Shown here piece by piece: positions 1-38,755 of a stretch of 64,000 nt of DNA. The translations under genes were made by a program, and so were the position numbers. The notes under the pieces were generated by a model. It did no database searches, was not told the DNA's origin, and worked only from the letters and a program-made list of their open reading frames with translations. The stretch's first letter is position 1. Every line of letters starts with the position of its first letter. Source of the stretch: Balanoglossus misakiensis (taxonomy: Eukaryota; Animalia; Hemichordata); NCBI GenBank assembly GCA_040954595.2, contig CM082578.2:7673519-7737518 (forward strand), in the 5' to 3' direction.

Positions 1-92
1 CCATCTCCTCTTAACGCATGTCTGTATACTTATACGTAATGCGTGATTCCTTCCCCTCTGTTAAAACCTGTGCAATGCAATTCCTTCGGCAG

Positions 93-1751
93 GCTGCCAG
101 GCAGATTCAGAATCTTTACAAGATGTTCCTCGGAGTGGACGCAACTCAGGTTGAAATCAATCCATTGGGAGAAACTCCAGATGGCAGAGGTAGATTTGCA
201 TTCCAATTCGGTAGAACACCTGTTGAACCCTGTCGTGACCTCTTGTGACACCTTTTAGTGTGGCTCTATCAAACTTGCCATTTCATTGTCATTATTTTAT
301 TACATTCTCTCCTCAACATCATATATGTACTGGAAGTAGGAAGTGCAGTCCATAAATGAACCTCATCCACCCCTATTGTCGTCTAAATGGATCAGACCAC
401 AGCAATGAAAACAATGGGGTGGGACCAAAGTTAGATGTTTTTAGGGTTTGAAGTGGGAAATGTTCTATGGGCATCCAGTTCATGCTGTTTGTGTCCTAGG
501 TCAATCACAGGTTTTTCTCAGAAAAAAATTAAAGTCTGCCACTTTGCTTGGAACTCTCATAATTCTTAAACATTTTTTCTTTCTTTCTGTGTCAACAGTT
601 GTGTGTTTTGATTCAAAAATGAACTTTGACGACAATGCCGAATTCAGACAAGCAGAAGTGTTTGCCATGGACGACAAGACGGAGACAGATCCCAGGGAAA
701 TCATGGCAACCAAGTATGATCTGAACTATGTGGGAATGGACGGAAATATTGGCTGTCTAGGTAAGAGAGGGCCATTTACAGCATCACCCCATTCTGTGCA
801 TGAATTTGAAACAGTTGTATTCATTTGTATCTTCCTCGAAAAATAGCCACTTTGTGACAATATGTGATGCCATTTAAGATTGTATTTTTATAACCACAGT
901 GAATGGAGCTGGTTTGGCCATGGCAACCATGGATATAATCAACATGTTTGGTGGTGAACCGGCCAACTTCTTGGATGTCGGAGGAGGCGTCGCGGAAGAC
1001 CAAGTTGTCCAAGCAATCAATATCATTACTTCCGATCCACAAGTGAGTGTCTGAATACCATTATATTGTTGCCTGAATACAGGGGTTTATGGGCCCGTGG
1101 AATATATTCCAATTCCTAAAACTGCAGTCCATGAGAACATGTGTGTTTGTTTGAAACACCATGGCATTCTTCAACACACATTAGTTCAATCTTTTTCTCC
1201 ATGTGTAAACATAGTCCATCATTGTTTTGTTTTTTTCTTCTTCAGGTAAAAGCCATCTTAGTCAACATCTTTGGCGGTATTGTGAATTGTGCGACCATTG
1301 CCAACGGTTTAATAAAAGCACTGAAAGGAGTTGATTTAGCCGTTCCTCTCGTAGTCAGGTTAGCAGGTAAGTTGTCTATCTCAGTGTTTAAGTTTAACAC
1401 TCAGTGCACTTAATCCATGGATAAATTTTACATATTACATACAACACATGACTGTGCTGGAATATTTCAGGCTTCTAGAATTTCAAGAAAAATGTGTTGG
1501 TATTCCCAAGCTTGTACCTGGACTGTGTGATTTTGTGATCTATAATTGATATAATTGTCGTGCATGTCTTTAATATTCTGCCTCATCACAGCTAACATTT
1601 ATGTATGTACTTCTGTTTTCTGCCGCTAGGTACAAATATGGATGCAGCTATAAAAATCCTGGATGAGAGTGGACTGCCAATCATATCGGCCACTGACCTG
1701 GATGATGCAGCACAGAAAGCTGTTGCAAAACTGAACAGTAATGCTAAATAA
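93..1751 (+). CDS. SUCLG2: Succinate-CoA ligase [GDP-forming] beta subunit, 3' part (5' exons lie before the window)
   Basis: GT-AG exons 93-189, 599-760, 900-1042, 1246-1366 and 1630-1751 splice in frame to ...[35 protein letters not shown]...[20 protein letters not shown]...[10 protein letters not shown]...[21 protein letters not shown]...[15 protein letters not shown]...[36 protein letters not shown] and GGIVNC fit the GDP-specific paralog better than SUCLA2. Confidence 0.93.
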
Positions 1752-4700
1752 TGTATCGGTGCTCTGAAAGTGTGTCTTTGTGTGTTGTGTGTAGTCTTCC
1801 ATCTTGGGAGTCTAGTCAACGACTGATGTAAAAAAATACTGATCAATTTCCCTCCTTTTATATTGATGGGCAAGATTTTTGATGAAGAGTAATATATGAG
1901 CTAGGTTTTATGATATGCTGCTGTGGTACACTTTGCCAGGAGTGTAAGCAAAACTGGGGAACATATCAGTACTCAGGTTCCAAGCCCAACCACCACCAGT
2001 CCACCACCCCCAAAGACATAATACCTGATTCAGGGAAAGATGTTCTGGTTAAGATTTCTGGGAATGGAGTGAGTTTGTCAATATTTAGGTTACGAAACTT
2101 TGTTTTCACATTTCAATGTAAAGGACCCACTTTCCTTGAAGTTCATTTTATGACACGCTCCTGTGATAATTTCTTGTTGCGTGACATGCCTCAAGAGGGC
2201 TTGAGTGACATTTAGAAATTTCAAGTACTTCAAGAGGCTTGTATCACATTGACATTGCATAAAATAGATTATTGTGGGTGCAGGTACACCACAAGAATGC
2301 TTGTGCTAGACTCTAATGGGACTAAAAAGGCTGGATAACATTGTTTCTACTGTATCATTCTCGTACAACTATGCAAAAAAGCTTTAGTGATGAGCATTCA
2401 ATATAAAGGTAAATACAGTGGCTTGCTCCATTTTGAAATAGACTTCTTAAACAAACTCTCTTAGTGCAGTGTGTGAAAGTACCAACTTCAATTCCAAAGG
2501 TATTTACAGTGCTGTCAAATTTCCTTAATATAAAACAGTCTTCTTATATACTTAAAGTGAAGTTTTCAGTCACAGATGAAGTCAACAGTTTGTGTTGATT
2601 TTTTTAAAGTTGATAATTCAAAAATCAGAACTAATACTGTTGCCTCCCCAACTGTGTACAGTATATCTTTCAACCTAGCGTGAATGAAATAAAAATATTT
2701 ATGATTTAATGAGAGTTTTGTGTCTTTTCTGAATGCTCTCCTCTTTAGAGGTGCAAAGTCTTTCATTTCTGGCATGCTTTCGATTTATTGATGGGTCTTT
2801 GCTCACTGAAATGTATGGTTCTTTGCTCTATCACCAGTTGTTAAAGTCAATTTGCATCCTGCATATGTGGATGTGAGAAAGAATACTACTTCGATCTTTT
2901 TTTCTGAAGGCTTCATGTGTACGCCTACACAGCATTAAAAACCTTCAAAGTTCGCATTTGAAGCCAGTCAGTTTGAATTGTGACATTTCTGCTGCCAGCG
3001 CCCTCAGGTGGTAGTGTAATATCATACACGCATCCCTTCCTTCAGCTGCCTTGATTCGTACGTGGAGGTACTATTATGATTCGTATTTCGTAAATCTAAC
3101 ACGATAGCCTTGTCAGTGATTTCTGTTTTTGATAGTGTATCGGTATATGCTATCTACCCAAACTGTTCATTGCTTTTATAATAACAGCGGAGGTCTATCG
3201 GCATCTACATGTAGATCTCTCCATCATGACAACTTGAAAGTTACTGATGATTTGCTGACTGCTAAATAGTTGGTCATCAGATCAGATCACTGCTGGCAGT
3301 CGGTATAGGCCCTAACAGTTATTTGGGAATGTGTGCTGCAAATCATACGTATTAACTTTTTTGCTTGTCTAGGAGATATTTCTGAACATTCCTATTAAAT
3401 ATTAAACTGTGAAGGGCAGCAACTTCTCAATCTACGCTGAGAATGAGCCGTGAACTATGATGAATTTCTGCATTTCACCAAGTCTTGCAAAACAGGACCC
3501 CCAGGCAGGAATGAACCAGTTTGTGTTATTTTAGTTCATTTTTAGATGTCTGACATTCTGGGCCCCCTATGTCTTGCCCTGTTGCATAGGTCGAGATTTT
3601 ATTAGCATTTCAACATTGGATGATGCGATCACTTGCGAACACACTTATTCCGATTACCAGTACTACTAAAAGATGAATCTTGCAAATACACCAAGGTACT
3701 TGTATAAATTATTGCACACACAGGCATTTATGCGTCTGCTATCCTGGTATCCGCAGAGTCAAAATTAGGTTTCTTGACGGATAGCTAGCCTCAGGACAAA
3801 ACAAACCCGACACAGATGCACTCATAAACATTTATTTGTGTCATCCTGCACTGATGAACGGGTCCACAGTGTATGACGTCATGGTTAAATGACACTAATA
3901 CAGTTTCATGAAATCTCAGTATTGAGACGTTAATCATGTAAATCTTGCATTGAAGAGCAGAGAAATATTGCCTTGCATTCTTTTAACTTCTTGTAAATTG
4001 TGCGTTCACTAATAGAAATAGTCGTATACGTGGATATATAACAAGTAAGTGTGCTGGTGTGAAAACGCGTATATTTTACCACTGCTTATAATCGCCAGAT
4101 AAAATCACCAATCATATTTTGTAAAACAAAATTGTAAACGTACTCCACGTCCAGACGACGGGCTACGATAATTTCTGCTTTAATTTGTTTTCACCGTATC
4201 GTAGGCTCAGTGTTATTCAATAAAAATTCAACAGAAATGAGTGAGAATATTATCTTCAAAATTAAAGTTAACAGCAATTTAGTGTGAGGGAGGTCGCTTT
4301 GTCGGCTTTGTGGGAAATGTCACGGAACAACTTATATGTAAAATACAGCATTATTAACTTTTCGTATAGGAGGGTTTGCTTTTATTCATTTATGCGATCA
4401 GATATGTTGTAGGCCTATACTTTGAAACGAACACTAACCATGCATACATTGCTGGCCACCGATCAGTGGAGAACATTAGTTTAACAGAGGGAGAGAGTTG
4501 TCGGTACAAATCGAAAATTTACCCTGCCAGAAAAGAGCAAGATCGTATCTGGACCTAAAACACATACATGCACAATGCTGTTATTGCTCATGCTTTTCTT
4601 TTTCTGAAGTGCCGCTCGGGATACAGCCGTGGAAGTATCGAGTATTGAACTCAACAGGCGTGTTTCATGATAGTGTAGTTAAAACATCGATCTGTTGAAC

Positions 4701-6656
4701 CAACGACGTTGTAGTGGTCGAACATTCTTATTATGTACCGGTAATAGCGATATCAAAGTACCGAATCAATGCTAGTCGTTTCACGTCTTTAAAAAATAAT
4801 TATTAGGATACAGAGCTCATTTTTGCGGTCGGTGTTTTAGTTAAATGGTTATTCTCCGAACTATACGCTGACTTCAATCCACGCTGTCAACTGATCGATT
4901 TATGCAAGAAGCTTTATTAATTTTATGAATTCCCTTTGTCGGAAAACATACCATAAATAATTCTGAATGAGTAGGCCTAAACAATCATTTTTGCTGAGAT
5001 AAATTTCTCATGACGGATTTAAATCAATGTTGATATGTATAAGAGTGGTAAATCAGTCAATTTACGTAACATTGTCGATAAATCAATATCTATGATATAT
5101 CGACAAACTTTTGTTAAGATTCCTTTGTGGGAAGATGAGAGTAGAAAAAAAAACGCACAGAAAAGGAAACTTGCTCAAATAATATCAATTATTAGACGTG
5201 TCACGACTGACCTATCCTTGTGTGCGATTGTCTGTCCGTATTCGGCTGCACTGACAAATATAGACGTGTTTGTACCTGGGTTTGTACACGGGCCGGTGAA
5301 GCTATAAATATTTGCTAAATGGAACAACCTCTTCATAAGGACACTTTCAATAATTATTATGTGATATTTTTGCAATCATCTTGATTAGGCGTTGACTTGC
5401 TGTATTTCCAATTCACTTGCGATTGCGGAGTCTTTAAATGATATTTCGCAAAATATTTTATCCAAGAAATCGCCGAAGATGCGTGATAACAAGATGCATG
5501 ATAACGGTCGTCTTTCATAGAAAAGGGACACCGTTCACAATATTTATTACAATGTAGTCGTTGTATTTAATGTTGAACAAAATTGCATCAGCTGGTTAGG
5601 CAGATAGTTACCTTACAATATTTTTTGAATAGAAACGGCGTAAAAGCACTAAACTTGACAGTAGATGCGACAATTCGGGCATGCCAGCATATACCAAAGA
5701 AACCGTTTAAAAATAAACGCCAACGCGCCAGACCTGGTACCTCTCCCCAGGGGAACGCCCCTGGACTCTCTGATAAACAGTTAGTCGAACGAAGAGTTGT
5801 TCAAAGTGACAGAGGGCTGGACTAGACACCCACTGCCCTGCAAAATTCTCACAAGTGAGCAAGTTTGATTGTTTTCTGCTGTGTGAGTCTTCTGCAACCA
5901 AATCTGTCGGAGCTTGGCATGCAACACACGTACGCGCACAATCACTGCAAAACATATCAGCTCGTATATGTCCGTGGAAGTCTCGCTCACCTACATGAGT
6001 GACCAAGGACATTGCAAGGTGAATTTTTTGAAAAAGGGAAAGTCCGTTTACACGTGATGTTTTCAATCTCATGTATATTATAGTGAAAATATATAAACAG
6101 ACGAACAAACAAGAAAGCAAGCGTGTTTACATACACACAAACACACAAGTAAACAAAAACGCGGATCGTCACATAAACTTAATACTCAATTTTTTTACTT
6201 TCCAAGTAGCAAAAGTTGTTTCTAACTACCCAAGGCCTCATCATGGGTGACTTGAGACAGAAAAAAAGTTTTGGCCGATCCGATTATTCTACGGGGATGG
6301 CAACGTCTCCCCATCGTCCACACTCCGAAGACATACAAAACGGTGCATTTTTTGTTTCAAAAATGTCACCTGACCATGAAATATGAGTTACAAGTAACTA
6401 CTAGAGGTAGAAGACCTTCAGTTTCACAATTATTTTAACGAGATTTAAAATCTGAATCACGGAACCCCCATGACTCCGATAGTATAAGCCAATACTGGCA
6501 GCTCTTGAAACTTTTATTCAAATTTCTCGTCAAGGTATATAGCTACCTGTCCGACGCGACGCCAGGGAGGGATGGGCATATTTTTACCACAATAACTTTA
6601 CTGTTCAACTACCCTGCACGAAGGTTCCCACGGAAGCTTTCTTCTCTGACAGAAAC

Positions 6657-32951
<26,295 letters not shown>

Positions 32952-34497
32952 GAGCTATTACCTTCTTCTCTGTTCCCCCCACCCCCACCCGTGATGTTCC
33001 TGTTGTCTTGTTTTCATGTGGTGTGTATCTGACGTACGGGCTGAACCATTGGCAAAACGGGTGAAGTGATTGGGATTGGCGATGATGGGACGTCAGTGAG
33101 CAACTGCAGCTTGTCATTGTGCCGTGTAAGCTAAAGTAGTCAAGAAGCAAAGCTCTGTTAGGCCAAGACCCCCCTGAAAATTCATATCAAAAATGGAATA
33201 TACCGGTATCTATACGCTAGGAATTACTGCAAGAATTTTTTTTGTCACTGTAAGCTTTGTAAATTTTCAGATCGTTTACTACCATTGATTTTACTACCAA
33301 TAGTCAAGTCCAAGTCACACCAATGGACAAACTTGGTTATTTGTCATAACAGTTTTGGATTTCTCAGACTCGTACCACCTAAAGGGAAAAAGTTGCTAAC
33401 TTTTTACATTTTATTTTGATTGGCCATTTATGTTGCTGTACACACTATAGATGGCAAACAACCTGTTGTGATATGATGGCTCAATTCATAACCCATGCAT
33501 TTAGGCTTTCTCGGTATATTGCCCATCAAAAGAAATAAAAATAACCCAAACAATGTCAAGAGGTAGCAACTGTATCCCTTTCAAAACAAAATCAAAATTA
33601 ACTGCTAAGAATCTAAGGAATGAAGTTTCAGGAGGGCCTTGGCTTATTTTATTTTGTTTGTGAAAGTTTCCAAGCTATATTCATGTTATAAGCATGTTTC
33701 CATTCTGTTCTGTAACTGTTATATTATTTGCTGCTTAGCATCAAATAAAATATGTTGTCCTGTCATTTGCTGTTAAATTTTAGATGCATTTGCAACCTGC
33801 TGTAATTTCAGCGTTAATGTCAATGTTATTTGTCTTGATCTTTTGTACCCTTCGAACCCTTACCCCTGATGTCCTGTTACATTGTGCAGAAATCATGTGC
33901 CTGTACTGGTGATGTATGTTTCAAGTACATGTAAAAAACTACGACATATCATGTTTTATTGTTAAATGTCATGTTGTGCACACATGCAACTGAAAATAAA
34001 TTAGAAAAACTGTACTGAATTCCATCAAATCATTAAAAGAATTCAATCACTAAAGACACCTATCCGAATAAGGGACTGAAATCATCTTGTGTGTTTTGAG
34101 CGAACCTTTCACAGCTTTGAAGTACAACTTTTGTCAGTTTTCATTAGCCTCACATCATTACCAATCACAGTTCAAGAAAGCCCCTTTCCAAATAAACGAT
34201 TCAAAGGTTTATTTAGTGTGGCCAGCTGATTTTCCCTGTTGAAAACAAGAGCATAGTCACCAGGAAAAATTTGGCCATCAATTTATAATGTAATCACATT
34301 AGAAATAGAATTTTTTTTATTTATATCAAACATGGCTGTAAGGTATAGCTTTTGTGCAGGTGTTAATTTTATGTTTATATTTACAAATTCACTGAATTGG
34401 CTTATTATAGGAAGTACTACCGTGACAGTAACACTGCGGGCTGTAGAGGCACCCGCTTAACATTTTTCAGTCAGTCACCCCCACCATCACTTATGGA

Positions 34498-34579
34498 TTA
34501 ACCCTATCACCACAATGGTATGGTCCAAGTCCTTTGTTTCCTTTAGTGAATTTGGACATCTTCAGAGGGAAATGGGGGT
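34498..34579 (+). mobile_element. Decayed copy of the same short repeat, in the SLC6 3' region
   Basis: ttaaccctatcaccacaatgg...tttggac...gagggaaatgggggt. Confidence 0.5.
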
Positions 34580-35175
34580 ATCATTTTTTTTTACCAAATA
34601 CCAATGCAACTTACCCTTTAAATATTTTTTGTTGATCTTTCAAGATCGTCATTGTACTGCTTTCAAAAAGCTTCCCTATTGCCACTCTTTAAATACCTTT
34701 GTAGGTTTTGACTCTAAATTTGTTTATCAACAGTATTTTACATATGTTTATGCACTAATTGATAATAATTAGCCTTCATACTTAAAAAAAGAGAAAAAAA
34801 ACAAAAGAATAAAATGAATGACCTGAGAGGTCAGTCAAGAAATTGTCAAGTGATGAAAAAGTGATAAAGACTTGATTTAAGACTGATTGTTCATATCTGT
34901 ACTATGTGTGCATTTTTATTGTAGTCTTGTAAATTTGTGTGACTTAAGTAAATGTCATTTATGTTTAATCAACCTAGATAATATCAGCTTTGCATGGCAC
35001 AGCACAGTAAAACTGTGTGTACTTTCACTCGACTCTTGAAGATTGAAAACACTTTTGTATTGCACTCAACCTTGCTCTGTGATATCTAAACACGTTTTAC
35101 ATTATATTTTTCTACGAACATTTTATGTATCACATGACATTATAAGGATGACCTCTCCTTGCTTTGATACTTAGA

Positions 35176-35181
35176 AATAAA
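35176..35181 (+). terminator. Candidate distal polyadenylation signal of the SLC6 gene
   Basis: AATAAA at the end of an AT-rich 2.2-kb tract after the stop; several earlier AATAAA exist, so usage is uncertain. Confidence 0.35.
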
Positions 35182-37131
35182 AACATTGTTACTACTATTT
35201 CTCAGTAGTCTAGTCTTTGTCGGTTGTCTAGTAGAGTTGACAACATTTGAGGAGCTCAAAGATGGTTGATAATATGCTAACGTCTCATGGAACTATCGCA
35301 AGAGTCAAGGATAAAGAATTCATCGCCTCAAGTCGAGACACTCACCTCCCTTTCAGGCAGACTTGCTTTCTTTCAATCGGTCTTTGAATAATATTCCCAA
35401 AAGGCAATAAGAAAAAAACGTTCAGTGAACATGGTCATTTGGTCATCTATGGAGTGACTGCTCCTCGACAAAATGTCCTTAGTTTTGCAATGGAAGGAAT
35501 TTGCAATAACTAGGTCTTCCTATTATAGGTTATGTGATGATAATTCAGAATAATGTTTCATGTACATAGCAAATGTAATGAAGTGTCTTGCTTTCATATA
35601 GTTCAGTCTTGCGGCTATGCTCAAGATTTGCCTGCCGCACTTGCCTTCGTTATTTTCGTCTGCCAGTTTTGTAAAAAACTGATGTGAAGTCACTGTTACT
35701 TCGTCTATGTATTTTATATGTGCCTCGTACACCTATTTGTATTGCTGAGTGGTATGGAGTGTTCCCGTGTATAGGTATGTATTTTTGTTAATAATGGAAT
35801 GTGTGTGTTGGTGTATGTGTGTCTGTGTAACGAAAGCCCCTGTGAAATGCCATACTTGATGTTTGATTTCATCTGTCACTGCTGTTGTTAAGTCTCAAAT
35901 GTGATTGTTTTTGTATGTGAATGTAACATGAGGAAAGTGCAATCTGACACAAATTGCCTAGGTAACTCAAAACAATCAAAATTTGTGGAAAAGTGAACAT
36001 TTTAAAACATTGTACTGATAGGCCAAGGTATCTGGATGACTGAAAGTGCACTTGTTTTCAATATTGTAGATTTCTCATTTCTCCCTATAAAAGTGCATGT
36101 AACAAGGGACTCGCAAACATTAGCAACTCTGGCACTAGGAGAGTTACCCCCTGGACATTTACCCACCAGACACTAACCTAAATCCTGGACCTATCCCTAA
36201 CGTGGGGAGGGGGGAATGTCAGGGGGGAACTCCTGACACCACAGCTGCACCTGATGCATATTCTCTAGTGTTTATTGCGCTTAAGCACTGTTCTCATTTT
36301 TTTTTCTTTAAAAAGGGAAAAACAAAGCTGATGTCATTGAGGATCCTGATGCCAGCAAATCTCTCATTCAACGAGCAAGTGCCGTGTAATTCCAATCAGC
36401 TACAGTCTGCCAAATAACCGAAGAAAAGCTACATTTTGGATATTAAAAAGAGTTCTTAGCAATACCATATCATTTCAAAGTTGAAAAATCATATGGTTTT
36501 AGTAAAAGCCATGAAGGTGTTAATGGACTCACAACTTTTTGTTGTTAGAGACTTTCGGAAAGAAAGAAGTATAACCCCTCCATCACTGCTGAAACTATGG
36601 ACTGATCCATTGTTTATTCAATGGCGTGAATGTACCATGTTGGAGGGAAGGGGTGGGAGAGAAATACCATATCATGTTTTCTGTACTTTAATACATGATT
36701 TTTCTCAATTCAATGTGTATCTGTCTTGACATTTGTAGCTGAATTATAGGGACCAACGTCCTGCCACACATTTAATCTGGGCTAATCAGCAATCTGATTA
36801 AAACCCGATGAAAGGAGTAGCACAGTTTGCGGCTAGTAGAACTTGTTTGTTACTTTTGCCAATTATATAGGCAGTTGCTACATGAGATTTTAATCAGATC
36901 GTGCTAGCTGATGTTGAATTGGAAATTTATATGCACCGAGTTGTAAGTAAGCGTGAGACTCGCACAGTAGTCTGTTAGGATTTGTATCATATAGTTTAAC
37001 CCATCACATGGTGAATTAAGACTCCCCTCCGCCTAAAAAAACATCTGCCAAGTTTTAAAAATTTAAATTGTGTCCTATTTTGTCTGCTTGTCTGTTTAGA
37101 GCCACAGTCCAGCGCATATGTATAGAATGTT

Positions 37132-37145
37132 GCGCCCTCTAGTGT
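37132..37145 (-). promoter_or_regulatory. CTCF-like motif between SLC6 and TKT
   Basis: Minus strand ACACTAGAGGGCGC versus core consensus CCASYAGRKGGCRS. Confidence 0.5.
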
Positions 37146-38648
37146 TTGTAAAGATAAACATGTTAAAGGTATACTTTCAGCTATGCAAGTTGGTCACAGT
37201 TACCATGGAAACTGGAGATTAACCCAGTCACAGATTTTAAGTAAGATGCCACATCGTCGTCACATCGCCATTCGAAGACATGGGCATAATCGCATGGTAT
37301 TAAACTAATATTACAAGGTAACATGCCACTGGGGAAAGAGTTCCCATTTAAGATTTCTAAGACAGCAGTTGTTACTTGTAATATCGCATATCTCGCATAG
37401 AAGTCTGGTTCAAGAAATGGGTGTCATTGGATTATCAGTCGTCATTTGAGATGATATGAAGTTTTCATTTCGTAATGCAGAACTTCTTGAATCAAATTAG
37501 CGTGTCTTTCGTGTCTTTTCGACATTAAAAAAAATAGAAATACCCTTTTATTTCTCAGGTCTTAATTCTTCACTTGTGTTGAGTTACATAATGTGACGTA
37601 TAATTATGTAGTCACGTCTAAGAGTTTGTTGCACACCATGTACATACATTCTTGCATTGTAATAGTCCATAGTTTTTGTTCCCCCTTTTATAAAGGGTAT
37701 AACAACTGTCAATATATTGTTACGTCTGTTAATAGAAATTAACAACTGTATGCTAGGTTTTGTAGAATAATAAAAACAAGGGAAAGTGGAAATATTCCGC
37801 CAGAACGGCATTCGTTTTTTCTTGGTGTACGTGTGGTGAGTTATGCATTTTCAGGATGTCGCAAATTACCGATGGGCGATGATGACGTCGACAGAAAATT
37901 CTGGGCGGATCACAAGCTGACCTCTGTATACGTAGCATACATTGTAGCAGACCAAAAATCGGGTATTTACCGACACTCCATTACCAATCCCCGTCAAACT
38001 TCCTTTGAATAACCTGTGGGTTCAACAAAAAGTTCACAATAAAGAAGCAAAAAAAAGTTTGCGTAAAAAAAAGTTTTACCTTCATTCCTCTAATTTTCGC
38101 TATCAATTTCTTTTCAGTCATTGATCCGATCACAATACATGTTCATTCATAGGCTACTGAAAATTGAACCAAATAGACAAAATTTTATCATGCAAGTTGA
38201 CTTCAAAATATATTTTGTGAATATGATAGTTTCTTCTTTGATTTTCTTTCAGATCAACCCTTAGTGGAATTTAGGCCTACTTTTAAAATACAGCCAAAAG
38301 AAGATTTTTTTTGAGTAACTTCGAGTCAGGAACGAAATCAGTACGTACCCCACATAAATAAGAGATAGTACATGTAGGTCTAAATGACGAGGGTCTAGCA
38401 TAATCTATACATGGACTTTGTGCTTCAATACATGTCATTTTGTCTTGTCAAATTGGTTTATTTTGAACAACGAGAACTCTATATATCGACAAAGGCAAAG
38501 CACTTACGCCTTGTCAAGAGCGCCCTCTATTGGTAGGTTGACTTTCGTGAGTGACCCGTGACCCAGCCCATACTAAGCACGTGGTCACTCGTGTCCCCGG
38601 ATCACATCCACATAGTTCGATTTTGCTGGCACTGCAGACGCACAAAAA

Positions 38649-38755
38649 ATGGCAGAATATCACCGACCAGACAGTAAGAAATTGCAGTCGATGAGAGATG
38701 TCGCCAACCGTTTGCGCATCCACAGTATTAACTCGACCAGCGCCAGCAATTCAGG
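38649..38755 (+). CDS. TKT: Transketolase copy 1 alternative first exon 1a
   Basis: [35 protein letters not shown]; phase-2 donor GG|gtgagt; resembles the vertebrate TKT N-terminus (MESYHKPD...). Confidence 0.9.

Noticed and set aside
6190-6505. Possible DNA transposon fragment upstream of SLC6 exon 1A
   Set aside because: No terminal repeats, target duplication or second copy could be shown.
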